A stretch of DNA of 63,876 nt, counting the filler, from Hyphochytrium catenoides (taxonomy: Eukaryota; Protista; Hyphochytriomycota), in the NCBI GenBank assembly GCA_900088475.1. It is 13 parts of 13 records of this genome, joined end to end, with 100 filler letters (N's around TTAATTAATTAA, not from the genome) between each part and the next. Parts side by side here need not be neighbours in the genome. Positions count along the whole stretch, not along the records: positions 39,543 to 42,936 come from FLMG01002954.1; positions 43,037 to 44,247 come from FLMG01003120.1; positions 44,348 to 45,378 come from FLMG01000652.1; positions 45,479 to 49,421 come from FLMG01001066.1; positions 49,522 to 59,654 come from FLMG01000056.1; 8 more parts are not named here. One strand, written 5' to 3'. Positions 41,662 through 54,706 of this stretch are shown here, piece after piece. The notes under the pieces were generated by a model. The model worked only from the letters and a program-made list of their open reading frames with translations, did not search any database and was not told the origin of the DNA. The number at the start of each line of letters is the position of its first letter. Positions within the stretch are counted from its first letter, which is position 1. A program made the position numbers and the translations under genes.

Positions 41662-44600
41662 CGTATCGCAAGACAGTGCGAGGGAAAGAGGGACAGAGAA
41701 CAGGAGACAGAAAAGAGTGAGAATGAGATAGAGGATGGAGGAGAGCAAGGAGAAAAGGTCGAGGAAGGGAAAGCCAGAACACCAGACAAACGAGAGAGAG
41801 AGACAGTCAACCACAAAAAGATAGAGACACTGAGGGATATTAAAGCTGAGAAGAACTGAGCGGACAACCAGAATAGGGCGGCAGGTCCAGCCGTGAACAT
41901 AGGGTGGCCATATGGAGGGAGTGGTGCTGGATGTTGAGCAAAGTGAGTGAGAATAAGAGAGATCAGGCAATAGGGCTTGACGAAAAAGGGGAGAGCAAGG
42001 AAGGGTGGAGACAGTTTGTGGAGGAGGAATTGGGCTTATGTGTAGAGAGACGAGAAGCTCCTCGACCTTCAATGAAGAGGGAGGGAGAAAAGATTCGCAA
42101 CGGATAGCGAGAAAGGCTACAAGGAGAAGGATGAGATCAGAGGTTTCTTGTCGGCAAGAGTTTCCGAGACTTGGATGATCGCTCGTGAAACTTTGCTTCT
42201 TCCTCTCTTCAGAACTATCTCCTCTCTGGTTTTGCCTTGAAAGAATAGCGTCCGCCGAGGCCGACAAACATCAGGAAGACAGACTTCACTGGAGAGCGAT
42301 GAACAGCCGGGATAGAGGAAGCAACAAACCGATCCGACGAGAGCAAGAGCAAACAAGGATGACGGAGGAAAGAAGGGAGGACAGCAATGAGAAGGGCAGC
42401 GCCAATAAAAGACGCAGCGCCCCGCTACCTACTCCTCGACCGCTGATCAGTCGTCGATTGGTTTCGATAACACCAGCAACCAAGCTCTACCACCTACGGC
42501 TGCTGGTTGGTCAACGATAGAGGGCGTGAGCAGGAAAGACCGGCGGTCACCAAGCCAACAGGTCATCATCAGCCTCATCCACAGCTTCCCCGACGGGTGT
42601 TGGCGGCGGACGACGACAGAAAGAGAGCATCATCAGCTGCATCGCTGCATCAGCGGAGAGTTGGCGCCAGCCGCGCGACAAGGAATGATTAGCGCAAGTG
42701 CTTTACAGTTACAAGTCCTTCTCACGTTGAGAGGCATGAATGGTACTTAAGTAAGTATATTCGATTAGCTCTGTATGCCACTGCTTGTTCAAGTACAGGT
42801 ACCAATGCAAGAGTGGTGATACTTGGACCCACTTGAATTATGGAACCTCACAGCAAATAATCTACGAAGGCTTTATTTTATTAGAGGGTTATTAGTGCCA
42901 CCATCATATTTAGGGTAAGAAGTGACACTTCTTCGGNNNNNNNNNNNNNNNNNNNNNNNNNNNNNNNNNNNNNNNNNNNNTTAATTAATTAANNNNNNNN
43001 NNNNNNNNNNNNNNNNNNNNNNNNNNNNNNNNNNNNTGAGGCCGTGGAAGGGGTGAAAGCCCCGTCACTCTAGTCTAGGAGATTCATGCTGTTAAAACAT
43101 CAGTCAGGGGTAAGCTCCTCATACCTATGTGTATAAAAGCCATTCCCCATTTAGAGGGAAAGGGCTGGGAGCGTCGACAGAGTGGATGAGGCATTGTCCC
43201 ACCCATATTCGCTCCACACCACCTCCTGGATCGAATTTGGCCGTGCAGGGCAGCTTGACGGGCCCATACACACCCATCTCGGGCTTCAGAGCCAGCAGTC
43301 CACGATTGTACATCTCAAGTACATACAAACACTTTTCACCACAGGACCCCTAAAACACTGACCAGGGGAATTGCGAGATCATGGGGAATTTTTCTTCGTT
43401 TTACATCTCAAGTACACCATCAACACATCCCAACTACAACTCTGTCAATTTACAGTGAAGAGATAGAGCGAGAGCTCGCAGTTCAGAGGAGTATATGATG
43501 GTACTACTACACGAAGTATTATACACATATAGCACCTTTCCCCTTTCACTTCTTCGTCGCCGCCGGAGGAGAGAACTAGTGCTACTGCCATCGTGGCAGT
43601 ACCGGACCGTCGTGGAGGCAGCAGCAATGGGAATCACTGTCATGATGGCAACAAGCGATTGCCAACAGTTCCTTCTGCGGGGAAGAAGGTCGTCGCGGAT
43701 GGCGAGACAACTAGGCCACAGAAGCTCACCACCACCACCCTTCTTGGTTCTTTGAAGGCGTCTAGCAGGCTGTCCGGTCCCGTCCTTCTTCAGAGAATAA
43801 GAGAAGCCTCTCACATATTCCGGATAAGAACCAATCTTCTAAACATGTTCAAAATACGAGCAGCAGTCACCAACAGTTCCGTGACTCCTCCAACTAAAAG
43901 AGAGAGGACCGAGTTTTCAACAACCAAGTTCTTCCAACACTATGAGGGCAGTCACCACCAATAACCTGACTGTACAGCAACGCGAGAGACCTAGCGAACC
44001 CCATGGTCGTTAGCCCACACTCATCATCCGGATGACGAGGTAGGAGTCAGTAGGTTCAGCTCGGTCATGTTCTCACTGTAAAACCAGAACTCCAGGTACT
44101 TTGTTGTCCAAAAAGGAGCCATAACACAACAGAGTATAAAACAGGTATTTGTGAATGGTCGGTTAAGTTTACGGGATTTTTTATCAGATATTTTTTCGGT
44201 TAATGTGGCCTTTATTACTAGAAAAAATTAAGGAGTGACTAGTAGACNNNNNNNNNNNNNNNNNNNNNNNNNNNNNNNNNNNNNNNNNNNNTTAATTAAT
44301 TAANNNNNNNNNNNNNNNNNNNNNNNNNNNNNNNNNNNNNNNNNNNNGCAGGAGGCAATGCTCCTGCCGCAGGTGAAGGTGAGACCAGGACTTGACCTTT
44401 CATTGGTTGACTGTTAATGCAGCCCTGATGTCTTTGTAATGGCAGGAAGCCTTAGGGAAGAAGGTTAGCAGGGAGCGGATAGGAATTGAGGTGGAAGGCA
44501 TGATCACTGGTGTGAAAGCTCAGAGTGTGCTTCCCTTTTGCATTGGCCAATCTCTCTCTCTTTCTCTCTCTATCCTCTCTCGCTTTTTTTTCTCCCTCTC

Positions 44601-44726
44601 TCTTTGGAACAGTCGGTGCAATGTCATTCTTCTGGTTTCTTCTTCTCCTTCTCGCTCTATCTTCTCTCTCTAGCATTTTCTTCTTCTTCTCTTCGTCGGC
44701 GGGCTTTAACGTCTGTACCCATCGTA

Positions 44727-45341
44727 GGGAAGCTCGCATCTCCGCCTATTGCCTTCGAGCTCTTGAACAGCTGCTGGCTCATGGACTTGGTCTTCCTGCA
44801 TCCGCCCAGAAGGTGAGGAAACCCCACCCTTCTGCCAGCAATTCCTACTTCCTCCTCTGCTTACTAACTGGTCTGTGAGGCAGTGAGATGTTCAAAGCGC
44901 ACGAGTCCGTTAGAGCGGATGGGAAGGTTCGGCTGCATCGCTCGGCGTCAGGTAGGGTGTGTGAGGCTAAGACCTGTGGCCGACTAAGTGTCTGATAGTC
45001 CTTCCTACCGCACGATCTCTCCACTCAATCTGGCCTTAGATCTCCTCGGTGCGCACTCGACCGTCTACATCCTCTATTGGTAAGCTCTTACTAGTCATGC
45101 TCGCCCCGTCTCCCGCTGCCTTTTTCGATCCTTCTACACACCATTTCTCTTCTTTCTTTTCAACCGCATCCCTTGTTTGGTCTCTGCTATCTCCTTATCT
45201 CTTTCAAATCAGCCCCATTTGCCCAATTGCTGGTCCTAAGACGTACCCTAACTCGTCACCATTTACAAGGGTACTGCATCGCTTTCCTTCCCTCTTGGCC
45301 GACTTTCAGAGCGACAAGAGCAGCAACAGGATTCTGGTGGA
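44727..45341 (+). CDS. Internal exons of an unknown spliced gene
   Basis: AG/GT-bounded segments translating EARISAYCLRALEQLLAHGLGLPASAQK and VLHRFPSLLADFQSDKSSNRILVE between pyrimidine-rich introns. Confidence 0.3.
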
Positions 45342-45835
45342 GGTACTGGCTGTGAGTCTTCTCCCCTTCGGCGGTCTCNNNNNNNNNNNNNNNNNNNNNN
45401 NNNNNNNNNNNNNNNNNNNNNNTTAATTAATTAANNNNNNNNNNNNNNNNNNNNNNNNNNNNNNNNNNNNNNNNNNNNCTCTCTCTCTCTCTCTTTCTTC
45501 TACTCTTCTCTTTCTTCTACTCTTCTCTTTCATCTCACACTTTGCTCACTCTCACCTTCCTCCCTCTTCTCTCTCGCTTTTCTCTCAGCTGTTTGTCAAT
45601 ATTCCTTGCTCACTTATCAGTTCCCTGTCTCGCCTTGTCTATTGGTCCGTCTTCTACTGTCCGAACTCCCTACTAGCCCTTGCATTTCTTCTTCTTCATC
45701 TCTTTAGGCACTCCCAACAATCGCTTCTGTCCGCCGCAGGCAGAGAGAGAGCTTGACAAGAGAGAGAGAGAGTGCTTGACAAGAGAGAGAGAGAGATCTT
45801 GACGAGAGAGAGAGAGAGATTAAGAGCAAAAAGAG

Positions 45836-46097
45836 ATGCCGATCCTGTCAGAAGCCGTGGCGACACAGCCTGGGCTGGACCAACGGTCTGTTCTCCCTCG
45901 TAAAGCTCTTCTCAAGCTTGGCTCTGACTCCTTCTTAACTTTCTGGTCATGCGGCCGCGCAGGTTTGAGGAGGTGATGGCGACCTTGCTCCAGTCACTGC
46001 CAAGCGGAGAAGAGTTTGAGGAGATGAGGACGGCAGCTACCGAGAAGCTGACTAAGGCTTATAAGGAGCCCAAGGTGAATCGAAACGGAAGGTAGAA

Positions 46098-46128
<31 letters not shown>

Positions 46129-48393
46129 GGAGGAGAGAGAGAGCGCGTGAGAGAGAGGAAGGAGAGAGAGAGCGCGTGAGAGAGAGAGAGAGAGACACAC
46201 ACAGAGAGACAGAGGAGGAGAGAAAGGAAGAAAAGAACTGATTCAAACAGCAAGAATGCGAGAGGAAGTGCGGAATATCCGTAACAGTCTCTTCTCCCTC
46301 TTCTGCGCGCTCCTTCCGTCTTTGCCTTTTGACCTTTCCCAGACATCGGCGCTAGAGTTTCTCTTACAGAAGAACTTCTCCCATGACGAGGCGCGGCACC
46401 TCATGTTCTGCCCGAGTCTGGAGCAGGTGAAATTCTATCCGCTGCTGATAGCAGATCCGCCAGAAGGGGCACCGAAGGACCACCCACAGGTAGAGCATCT
46501 GTGCATCCCTTGAGTGAGGCTTCCTCTTTCTTTCTTTCTCTCTCTCTCTCTCTCTCCCTCTCTCTCTCTTGTCTCTCTCGTTCTCTCTCCCCCCCTGTAC
46601 AAAAAACACATCTGTCTTCCTTCCTCCGGTCGAATTTCTTCCTGCTTCTCTCTTTTCTCTCTCCTTCATCTCTTTTCAACCCTTTCCCCTTCTCTCTCCC
46701 TCTCCGTGTGTGTCTCTCCTTCTGTCTCCCTTTCTCTGTCCTCTCTCTGTACCTCTCTCTCTCTTTCTCTCATCTCTCTGTGTCTCTCACTCTATTGTCT
46801 TCCTCACTGGCTCACTTCCTTTCCGTGTACTCTCTCTCTCTCTCTCTCTTACTTCTGACAGGCTAAGATGCAGCCACTCTTTTTGACGCTTACGTACCTC
46901 CTGCATGCCAAGTCCTGGGAGTTCATGGAGGAATTTATGTGTACGGTAGGAGATGAGTCGTCAAGAAGACAGAAGAGAGAACATGTGAAGAGATAGAGGG
47001 CGAGAGAGAACGAAGAAGAGAGAGGGAACGAGAAGGGGAGAGGGAGTGAGGAAGACATAGAGCGAGACGGAGAGAAGACAGAGAGAGAGAGAGAAAGAAG
47101 GAGACGTTACAAGGAAGAAGAACAGTAGATGTGTCTCTCTTGGTATCAGAGAATGATGGCTTGCAAAACGTCTCAGAGCCTCATTGCAAATCTTAGGGAG
47201 GCCTTCACGTTTTGGCGGAGCTGCTGGTCCACGAGAACTTTTATCTCCGTGCGCAGGTCTTCGAGCTCTTCCTGAAGGTGATGTCACTCAACAGGAGAGA
47301 GGGAGACCCTTTAGAGTTCGTCTTGTCTAGAGTTGTATATCCCTCTACAGCTTTCTCTCTCTCTCCTTCTGTCCCTCTCTCTTCCTCTCTCTCTCTCTCT
47401 TCCTCTCTCTCTCTCTCTTCCTTCTCTCGCTTCCCCTACTCTGCTCTCTCTCTCTCTGTTACAGGCGTCGGTTGTACAAGCTTGACCCTTGCTAGTTCTT
47501 TCCCTCTCCTGCGTCCTATCCCAGTCAGTCTCACGGATTCTCTCCATGTGATCTTAGCTAACGTCAACTCAAGACTTTGAATGGTTTGAAGCACCCAAAT
47601 CCTTGAGGCAGAAGCGTCTGCACCAGTCTCTCCTCGGTTTGGCTGACTCTCCCGTCTTTGTAAAGAATTTGCTCGCCAATTCTCAATCGGGTATGCATTT
47701 ATACGGTTGCCCGAGTTCCCGACCCCCGCTGGGCTACGTCTTAGGATATATCTCTCCCGCTCTCTCTCTTTGTCTCTTTTTTCTCTGTCTCTCTCTGTCT
47801 CTCTCTCTCTCTCTTCTCTACCTGTCTTTTCTCTCTCCTTTAATCCTCGCGTTCTATTGGTGTTCTCTCTCTGGCCCTCTCTTTCTCTCTCTATAAAGAT
47901 GTATTTATGTCTCTCTCACTCGATTTCGCTCGTCTTAAGTGTGTTCTCTCTGCCTCTCTCTCTCTAAAAATAGAGGTATGCTCCTCTTTCTCTGCTACTC
48001 TCTGTGCCTCTCTTCCAAGTTCTGACTGCCTGGACCTAGCCCTTTCGCTCGCTCATTGAGAGATGTTGCTTATCTTCATCGTCTGAGCAGCTGAACTTGG
48101 TACTTTTCGCTTCTTTATTGAGACCCGCTCCAACCTTCGCACATGCATTGTCTCTCTCTCTCCTCCTGTGCATTCAGTCTTCCCTGGAAACTCTTATCTG
48201 GCCCTTCAGATTTTGGCCTTCTGGATGAGCTGGGTACGGAAGTTTTATTGCAAGGTCAGTGCTTAGGCTTTGAAGCCGTGGAACCAGGCTTCATACTTGG
48301 TTATTAGAATGAGTGGGTAAATGTGCGTGTCTGTGTGTGCGTGAGAGAGAGGGAGAGAGATAGAAGAGAGAGAGAGAGAGTGAGAAAGAGAGG

Positions 48394-48434
<41 letters not shown>

Positions 48435-49277
48435 GGAGAGTGAGAGAGTGAGAAAGAGAGAGAGAAAAAGAGAGAGATGATCTGACAAGGAGAAGAAAAA
48501 GTGATGATGCGATATAAGAAAGAGCCCATCTTGGGACAGGACAAGTAATGCAAAGACAACGGGATCTTGCAAGCAATAGCCTCCTTGGAGAGAGCCCTAC
48601 CACGGCTAGCCAACAGTGGAGACGTAATGGAAAGACATTCTTAAATGGAAAGACAGTCCTATGACTAAAGGACGGCAGTCGCTGAAGAGAGTGCTAAGTT
48701 GTCTCCGTTGTAGGACAATGTCCTCCGTCTCAGCTCTGAGATACTGGAAGCGCTCCGACGATGGTCTGGGCGGGATGATATTGACCAGGAAGAGACAGAC
48801 CTGGCAAAGAAGGTGCGTCCATTTTCTAAGAAGTTGCCTCCTTTATATTCCATGCAGCAGCCCATGTGTCTCCTTTTGGCCTTCGCCAGCGCTGCAAGTC
48901 ACTCTCGGAGCCTTCTTCTCTTTCTTCTTTGTCGTTGTGGCGACTGCCGCTGATCCTCATCTTTCCCTTTGATCGATGCCTTCAGATATCCATGTCTGAT
49001 TCCTCCTCCGCTCTAGCCTCTGGTCCTCAAGGAACGTCTTGGCTCTTTATCTGTCCATCTCCATCTCTGTCCTAACCACCATGGCAACCTTGGCCCGATG
49101 CTGTAGGTGTACAAGGACTTCAACCGCTTCCCTGCTGCTGATGGGGCTTCTGAAGAGAGTTTCCGTCAGCAGATCAGCAATGAGATAGCAAATGAACCAC
49201 GGATGGCTTCTGAGGACAAAGACAACCAACAAGATACCTTCGTTTGTAAGCGCGAACGGGACACAGAGACGAAAGAG
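45836..49277 (+). CDS. Multi-exon hypothetical protein with an ARM/HEAT-like segment, 3'-partial
   Basis: GT-AG bounded exons from ATG 45836: FEEVMATLLQSLP, VKFYPLLIADPP, AKMQPLFLTLTYLLH (46862-46945), GGLHVLAELLVHENFYLRAQVFELF (47197-47277), FPGNSYLALQILAFWMSWVRKFY, LRLSSEILEALRRW, VYKDFNRFPAAD. Confidence 0.65.
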
Positions 49278-49675
49278 GTTAGACGGTCGCTTACAACCTA
49301 AAGCTTGGATATCTGGCACCTTCCCTTGCTGTTCCCCTATTTTCCTTTATCTTCTTACATCCGCGCACTATCAGCCCCAATTGTCTCTTTCTCTTCGTCT
49401 CTCTCTCTCTCTCTCTCTCTCNNNNNNNNNNNNNNNNNNNNNNNNNNNNNNNNNNNNNNNNNNNNTTAATTAATTAANNNNNNNNNNNNNNNNNNNNNNN
49501 NNNNNNNNNNNNNNNNNNNNNCTCTCTCTCTCTCTCTCTCTCTTCTTTCCCCACTTGGTAGTCTCTTGTGCCACTGTTGATCGATGTCCGTCATCAAGCG
49601 CTATCGAGAGAGAACAAAGGGATCAAGTGTAGATCTATTTGTCAGCTTCCCTTCCTATCCTTTTGTCTGATCCTT

Positions 49676-51876
49676 TTATAATGTTCCGCTGCCTTTGTCC
49701 TCGTCCGCTTCATGCTTCTCTTTCTCAAAGGAAAGAAACTTGCCTAGTAAAAGCGAGGAAACGAAGCCTGTCCCGCCTACCACCGCAGCTCCAGCAAGAC
49801 CAACGATGAAAGGTTTGGGTCCAACTCCTCTAAGAACAGAGGTAGACGTACTTAGCCCCACGGCAGCCATCGCAGTGCCTAGCAGATAGTGTCCACCGAC
49901 AGTATCGGAAATGAAGGAGCAAACCCTTTCCCAATCCTCAGCTCCAATCAATCCAAAGGCCTTGTTATCTATGGAAAGAAATGGGACAAGAGAGAAGAAG
50001 GCGGAACGGCAGGTGCTTACTCACAGCCAGTGAAGAAGATAGTTATACAGTCCACAGCTACTAGTGACTTATGGATGTGCCAAAGTAGATGACGATTCGG
50101 AGAGCTAAGGCCTTAGCAGTGTGCGATCAATCATGGCAGGGAGAGACGGGAACAGATCGTGAGAGCCGGAGACATAGGCAGAAGAGCAGAGCCTGTATGA
50201 AAAGGGAAGAAGTAAAGAAAGAGAGAGGGACGGCGTACCTGCACTATTCTTGATTGACGCATCTCCCATGGTCCTCCCTAGGGCAGCTCCAACAAAGCCC
50301 AAGACAAACAAGGGAAACATGGTCTTGAAGTTCATTGGTGGACGTTGAAGGGATGTACCTGAGGACGGCGAGAGAGCAGCTGCGTGCTGCCATGTGAGAG
50401 CAGGAATAACAGCTGCTAGGAAGAGATTCCGGGTCATCTTCGTGACAGCGGCTACCTTCAGAGCCACCTCATCGTCATAGAGCTCGCGGTAGGTTAGGGC
50501 ACACCCCATCACCTGGAGCAACGGTCATGAGAGAGTAAAAGAAGAAAGACAGCAAGGCATCACTAGAAGGGTGAAGTTTAGGTTCTCGTCGTCGCTTACC
50601 TGGGAGGTATCGTGCACTGCTGTACCGAGAAAGAGCCCAACCTGCTCCGATGACGGGAAGACGGCATGGGCGATGTAGGGATAGCAAAGCATACCTAGGA
50701 AGATGCGGGAGGAAAGTGAAGGGGCATCAATTAGGGAAGAGGCGGAATAGAAAGCGCTCAACAGGAAGACAAACACCCGAGATAATGAGAGCGGAGAGGA
50801 AAAAAGATGCGAGGTAGCTGTAAGGGTATGGAGCTTGCCGTCCGCACTGACCCATGAGTCCAAAGGCCACAACATTAGCCACTGCGAACGCGACTTCTTG
50901 CGCTGAGGCCCGAATAGCAGGGGCGAGAGCAGTAATAGCTGTCACTCCACAGATGCTAGTCCCAACAGCAATGAGAGAACCAAGTCGAAGAGAGAGATTC
51001 ATCTTCTTTGCAAACCAAGGAACGAAGAGAAGGCCAGCAGAGAGAGAAGAGACTACCACTGGCACGCCAGCTGCCCCTAGCTTGGCAACATCAAATAGAC
51101 TGAGCTTAGCGCCTAGGGAAGGTGAAGAGAGTGGGTTTAGCCCGCTGATACATCATGCCGGGGAGGCGAGAAAAAAGGGTCGAAGTAGACTTCTGAGAGA
51201 ACAGTTGAAGGAGAAAAGAGATCTAGGGTTACGATTGAAAGTAGAGCGAAGCAAGAAAGAGAAGGGCAGAATGGAGCTCACCTATGCAGATGATGCCGGC
51301 TCTCAATAGCGTGGTAGTGCACAACTTCAATCCAGGAGCGAGTGAGGAAGGAAGACGCAAGAAGTTGTTGAGCGCAAGCCCTAGAAGTATCGCCACGGGA
51401 ACGCCGGAAATTGGGCTCTTTGCTTCCTTTGAGCCAAGTCCTTGCGCGGCTAAGAGCCACGAACCTAGCACATCTGCAAGCCTGAACCCTGCCTCCATGA
51501 CTACACCAGCAGCCACGACGCCTGGAAGGGAGGAAAGGATAGGGGAAAGAGGAGACGAAGCAGAGGAGGGGAGAGAGGAGAGGAGCCGTCGAGGAGCAAT
51601 AAACAACCGCGGCGAAGAGAAGAACATGAGAGAGGCAATGGGCCTTCTCCGTCCAATTGTTACTGCTCTTTGAAGTACCGAAGTCTTCTCATGGCGAGGA
51701 GACGCCCAGGTGACGCTGCGGCGAAATACTGGGCGAGAAGAAGGACACGCGATGCGGATCGAGGGATACGAAAAGGACAAGGCCGCCACATCGCTGCCCA
51801 CAAGAATGGCATTAGGCGCCCTTCGGCCGTGATGAAGGATGGTTGACGGTCGGACAGCACAGATCCCGGAAAGCAT
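49676..51876 (-). CDS. YeiH/UPF0324 (putative sulfate exporter family) membrane protein with an N-terminal presequence
   Basis: Five exons: SPISGVPVAILLGL, LLRAGIICIGAKLS, LIAVGTSICGVTAITALAPAI, GLFLGTAVHDTSQV, AAVTKMTRNLFL, FPLFVLGFV, AMAAVGLST...GPKPFIVGL are the YeiH family motifs. Confidence 0.92.
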
Positions 51877-54706
51877 CTTTGAGTCTCTCTGCGGCGCAGA
51901 CTGCTGACGAGCAGAGTTAAGAAGAGTCAGTAGCCTCGCTCGACGACGACCATCAGCAGAGATCAGTTTGACGGGTGTTGGCGTTGTTTGCTCAGCAGCG
52001 TGGGACGTAGAGCGTCGGTGTGCTTAACTGTCCGTAGGTTGTTGAGGACGACCGTTGTGAAGAAGGGTAAGAAGCTTCAAAAATCTGTCAAGCTAGGAGC
52101 TCAGAAAGGACACGGATTCTGAACAGCCGCCGCTGGACGGAGGAGGAAGCGAAGATTATTGCGCCCTTATCGAAATCCATCAAAAAAGATAATTTTGTTG
52201 ATGTCCCTCACCTATCTCACCCATAATCTGTCTTGCAATAAATAATACCAGTACCTATTCCAAGCCGTATCTCATCGCGCTCTATCTCTCAATTGGCAAT
52301 CCAAAAAGCGGCACTGGTACAACACTGCACAACACAAAGAAGAAGAACGAGGATCCATCATCATCCGACAACAAAGAAGCAAAGAAGAACCAAGGATTCT
52401 TCAGAACATCGGTGGTGGGTGCAACAAGGGATAAATGATGATGATAGTAGTGCTAGTAGTGGTGTCTATAATAGCGAGGGATTTTTTTGGTCTTCTTCTC
52501 TTCTTCTTCGTCGAAGGGAACCCGCATCGCATCATCATCTTCTTCTTGTTCTTCTTCAATCGGTCAGCCTTTCTTCTTCATTGCCGGATAGGTAGCTACT
52601 ATAACAGTCAAGGGCACAGACGAGGAAGCGCGCCAGCAGCAGATAGAAGGACAAACGGTAAACGCAATAGCATAGCTGATGACTGCTGCTGGCTATGGTG
52701 TCACAATGCCGGCGGCAGCAGCGTCGTCGTATCATTATGATGAAAAATATATAAGGTCACTTGCTCTTCTTTTGTTGTTAATACGGAGCGCCTGCCATTA
52801 TGGGTGACGCGATGACAGCGCAGGTGCTGTTCTATCTAAGATCATCACCGACCAAGCACCTGCTGTCATGTCACCTCTACTACTAGCTATTCGGATTAGC
52901 TATTCGGATTAGCGATGGTTTGTTGCAGCAGCATGCTGAATGACACATCATCATGTGCGTGGCTCTCGTCGCCGCTTAGCCCGGAGCTAGTATAATAATA
53001 GGACCACCCAGGAACTATAAACTGCTGCTGATGATGGCCAGCTGTCCCACCAACAACAGACCTACTAAGAAGAATGTGGGAAGTACCAGCGACGAGGTAG
53101 TAGGAAGAAGGGGCTTAAGCAATAAGAAGGGAACAGGCCCATTTTGTTCATAGTGTGGAGGAGGAGGAGGAGGAGAGAGACATCGAAAATCATTACCTCC
53201 AAACAGAATCAGACCTCTCATAATCCAGCGACTGGCTGGCCTCATCATCGGTTTATCTCCTCGCCAGCTCCTCCCCATTATTGGCATTGATAGCGCAGGC
53301 CAACACACCATTTAGTAGGGTGGAGGAGCTGCAGATAACGATGGCTGACGAATCTGAGCCCGTCACAATAAGCTAAGGCTCAACAAGGTCATGATGACCT
53401 CTACACTCTTCAAACTTTATGATGAGTCCACCCTTGCTTGAATGAGAAGTATCTCCTGTTATTCCTAGGCTTCAGCCAGCGATGGAGCTTATTAAGGCCT
53501 TTATGTCTCCACCAGGCCGTGCATTGCCATCATATCATACCATTACCACGCAGAAGAGAAGAAAAAGGAGGAAGGTCTGTTAGTAGTGTGGCGAACTGAT
53601 GGCACACACCTTGTTGACACTGAACACCAGAAGTTTGGACGGATCGGCGGCGCGCGGGGGAAGACTTGAGTAGTCGCAACAAGCCGTCCATCATTGACTG
53701 ACAGCATGGCGGCAGCGGGTAGAGGTGGGCGACCGACCAGACGCAGACAGACCCTTGGCTGCTGGTTTTTTGGTCGTCATCAAGCTCAAGCCTTGGCCCA
53801 CGTCTTCTTCTTCTCTTCCGCCGGCCCTGTATCATCAGCCCTGTTCTTGGCTGACGATAGAATAAACTGTGCGCCAACCCTTCTTCCCAGCGGCTGGAAA
53901 CAATTAGAATACAGAAAAAAAGAAGGGGAGGACATCCTTCGGTCCGAGACCTCATGCTGCCAGCCACCACCTCAGTCGTTATCCTAGTCGTAATAAGGCC
54001 TTTGTTATTATTAGAACTATTCCTTGGGAGAAGGAAGGCTGCTACTGGATTTGAGGGAACTCTATCCATTTATTATACCGGAGGAGGAGTTGCGACTCCT
54101 GTTGTTTGTTGTTTGTTAGGAAGGCATGTCTTTTTCTGTTGAGGTCCTTCTTCCAAGCAGCAGTCTGCAGACCGCCCGTCGTCTTCATCATCATCGTCGT
54201 TTTGAGCATGCTCTTCTTGAAGAAGCAGGAAATCCTATCCTTACTTCTTCTTGTCCGTGCGTGAAGGTGAGGCCACCAGGATACTACTGGTGGCGATAGC
54301 GAGCTTCGTTCTATTTCTCTTTCTTACCCTCCTCTGTCAGAAGATAGACAGGGGCTCGCCTTGTGCTGCACCATCCACCAATGGTCAACAACGCCTGCTG
54401 CTAGTCAACGCCATCTGTAGAACTACCTGTATACCTGTAAGAAGAAGAAGAATGTAATAACAGCAGGTTATGATGATGATGAGGCTTTAGGGGTCTACTT
54501 CCTCGTACTCTTAAAGACAAAACTACGTGGGCCATGTCGTCTCCATAGAAGAAGGCGATGAAAAGCAGCCTCGGAAGTCGCGCAGCGATGATAAGAAGGA
54601 AGATGAGATACGTTAAGGAGTACCAGTGTCTGTCATCATTCGCGATTTTCCAGCTAAAGGCAAGAAGTAGGGAAGAAGATCATAACCGTCAGTTGTTGCC
54701 TTGGTC

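Noticed and set aside
41662-42267. Hydrophobic N-terminal 200 aa of the 580-aa ORF as transmembrane segments
   Set aside because: Derived from pyrimidine-rich low-complexity DNA upstream of the likely ATG at 41661.
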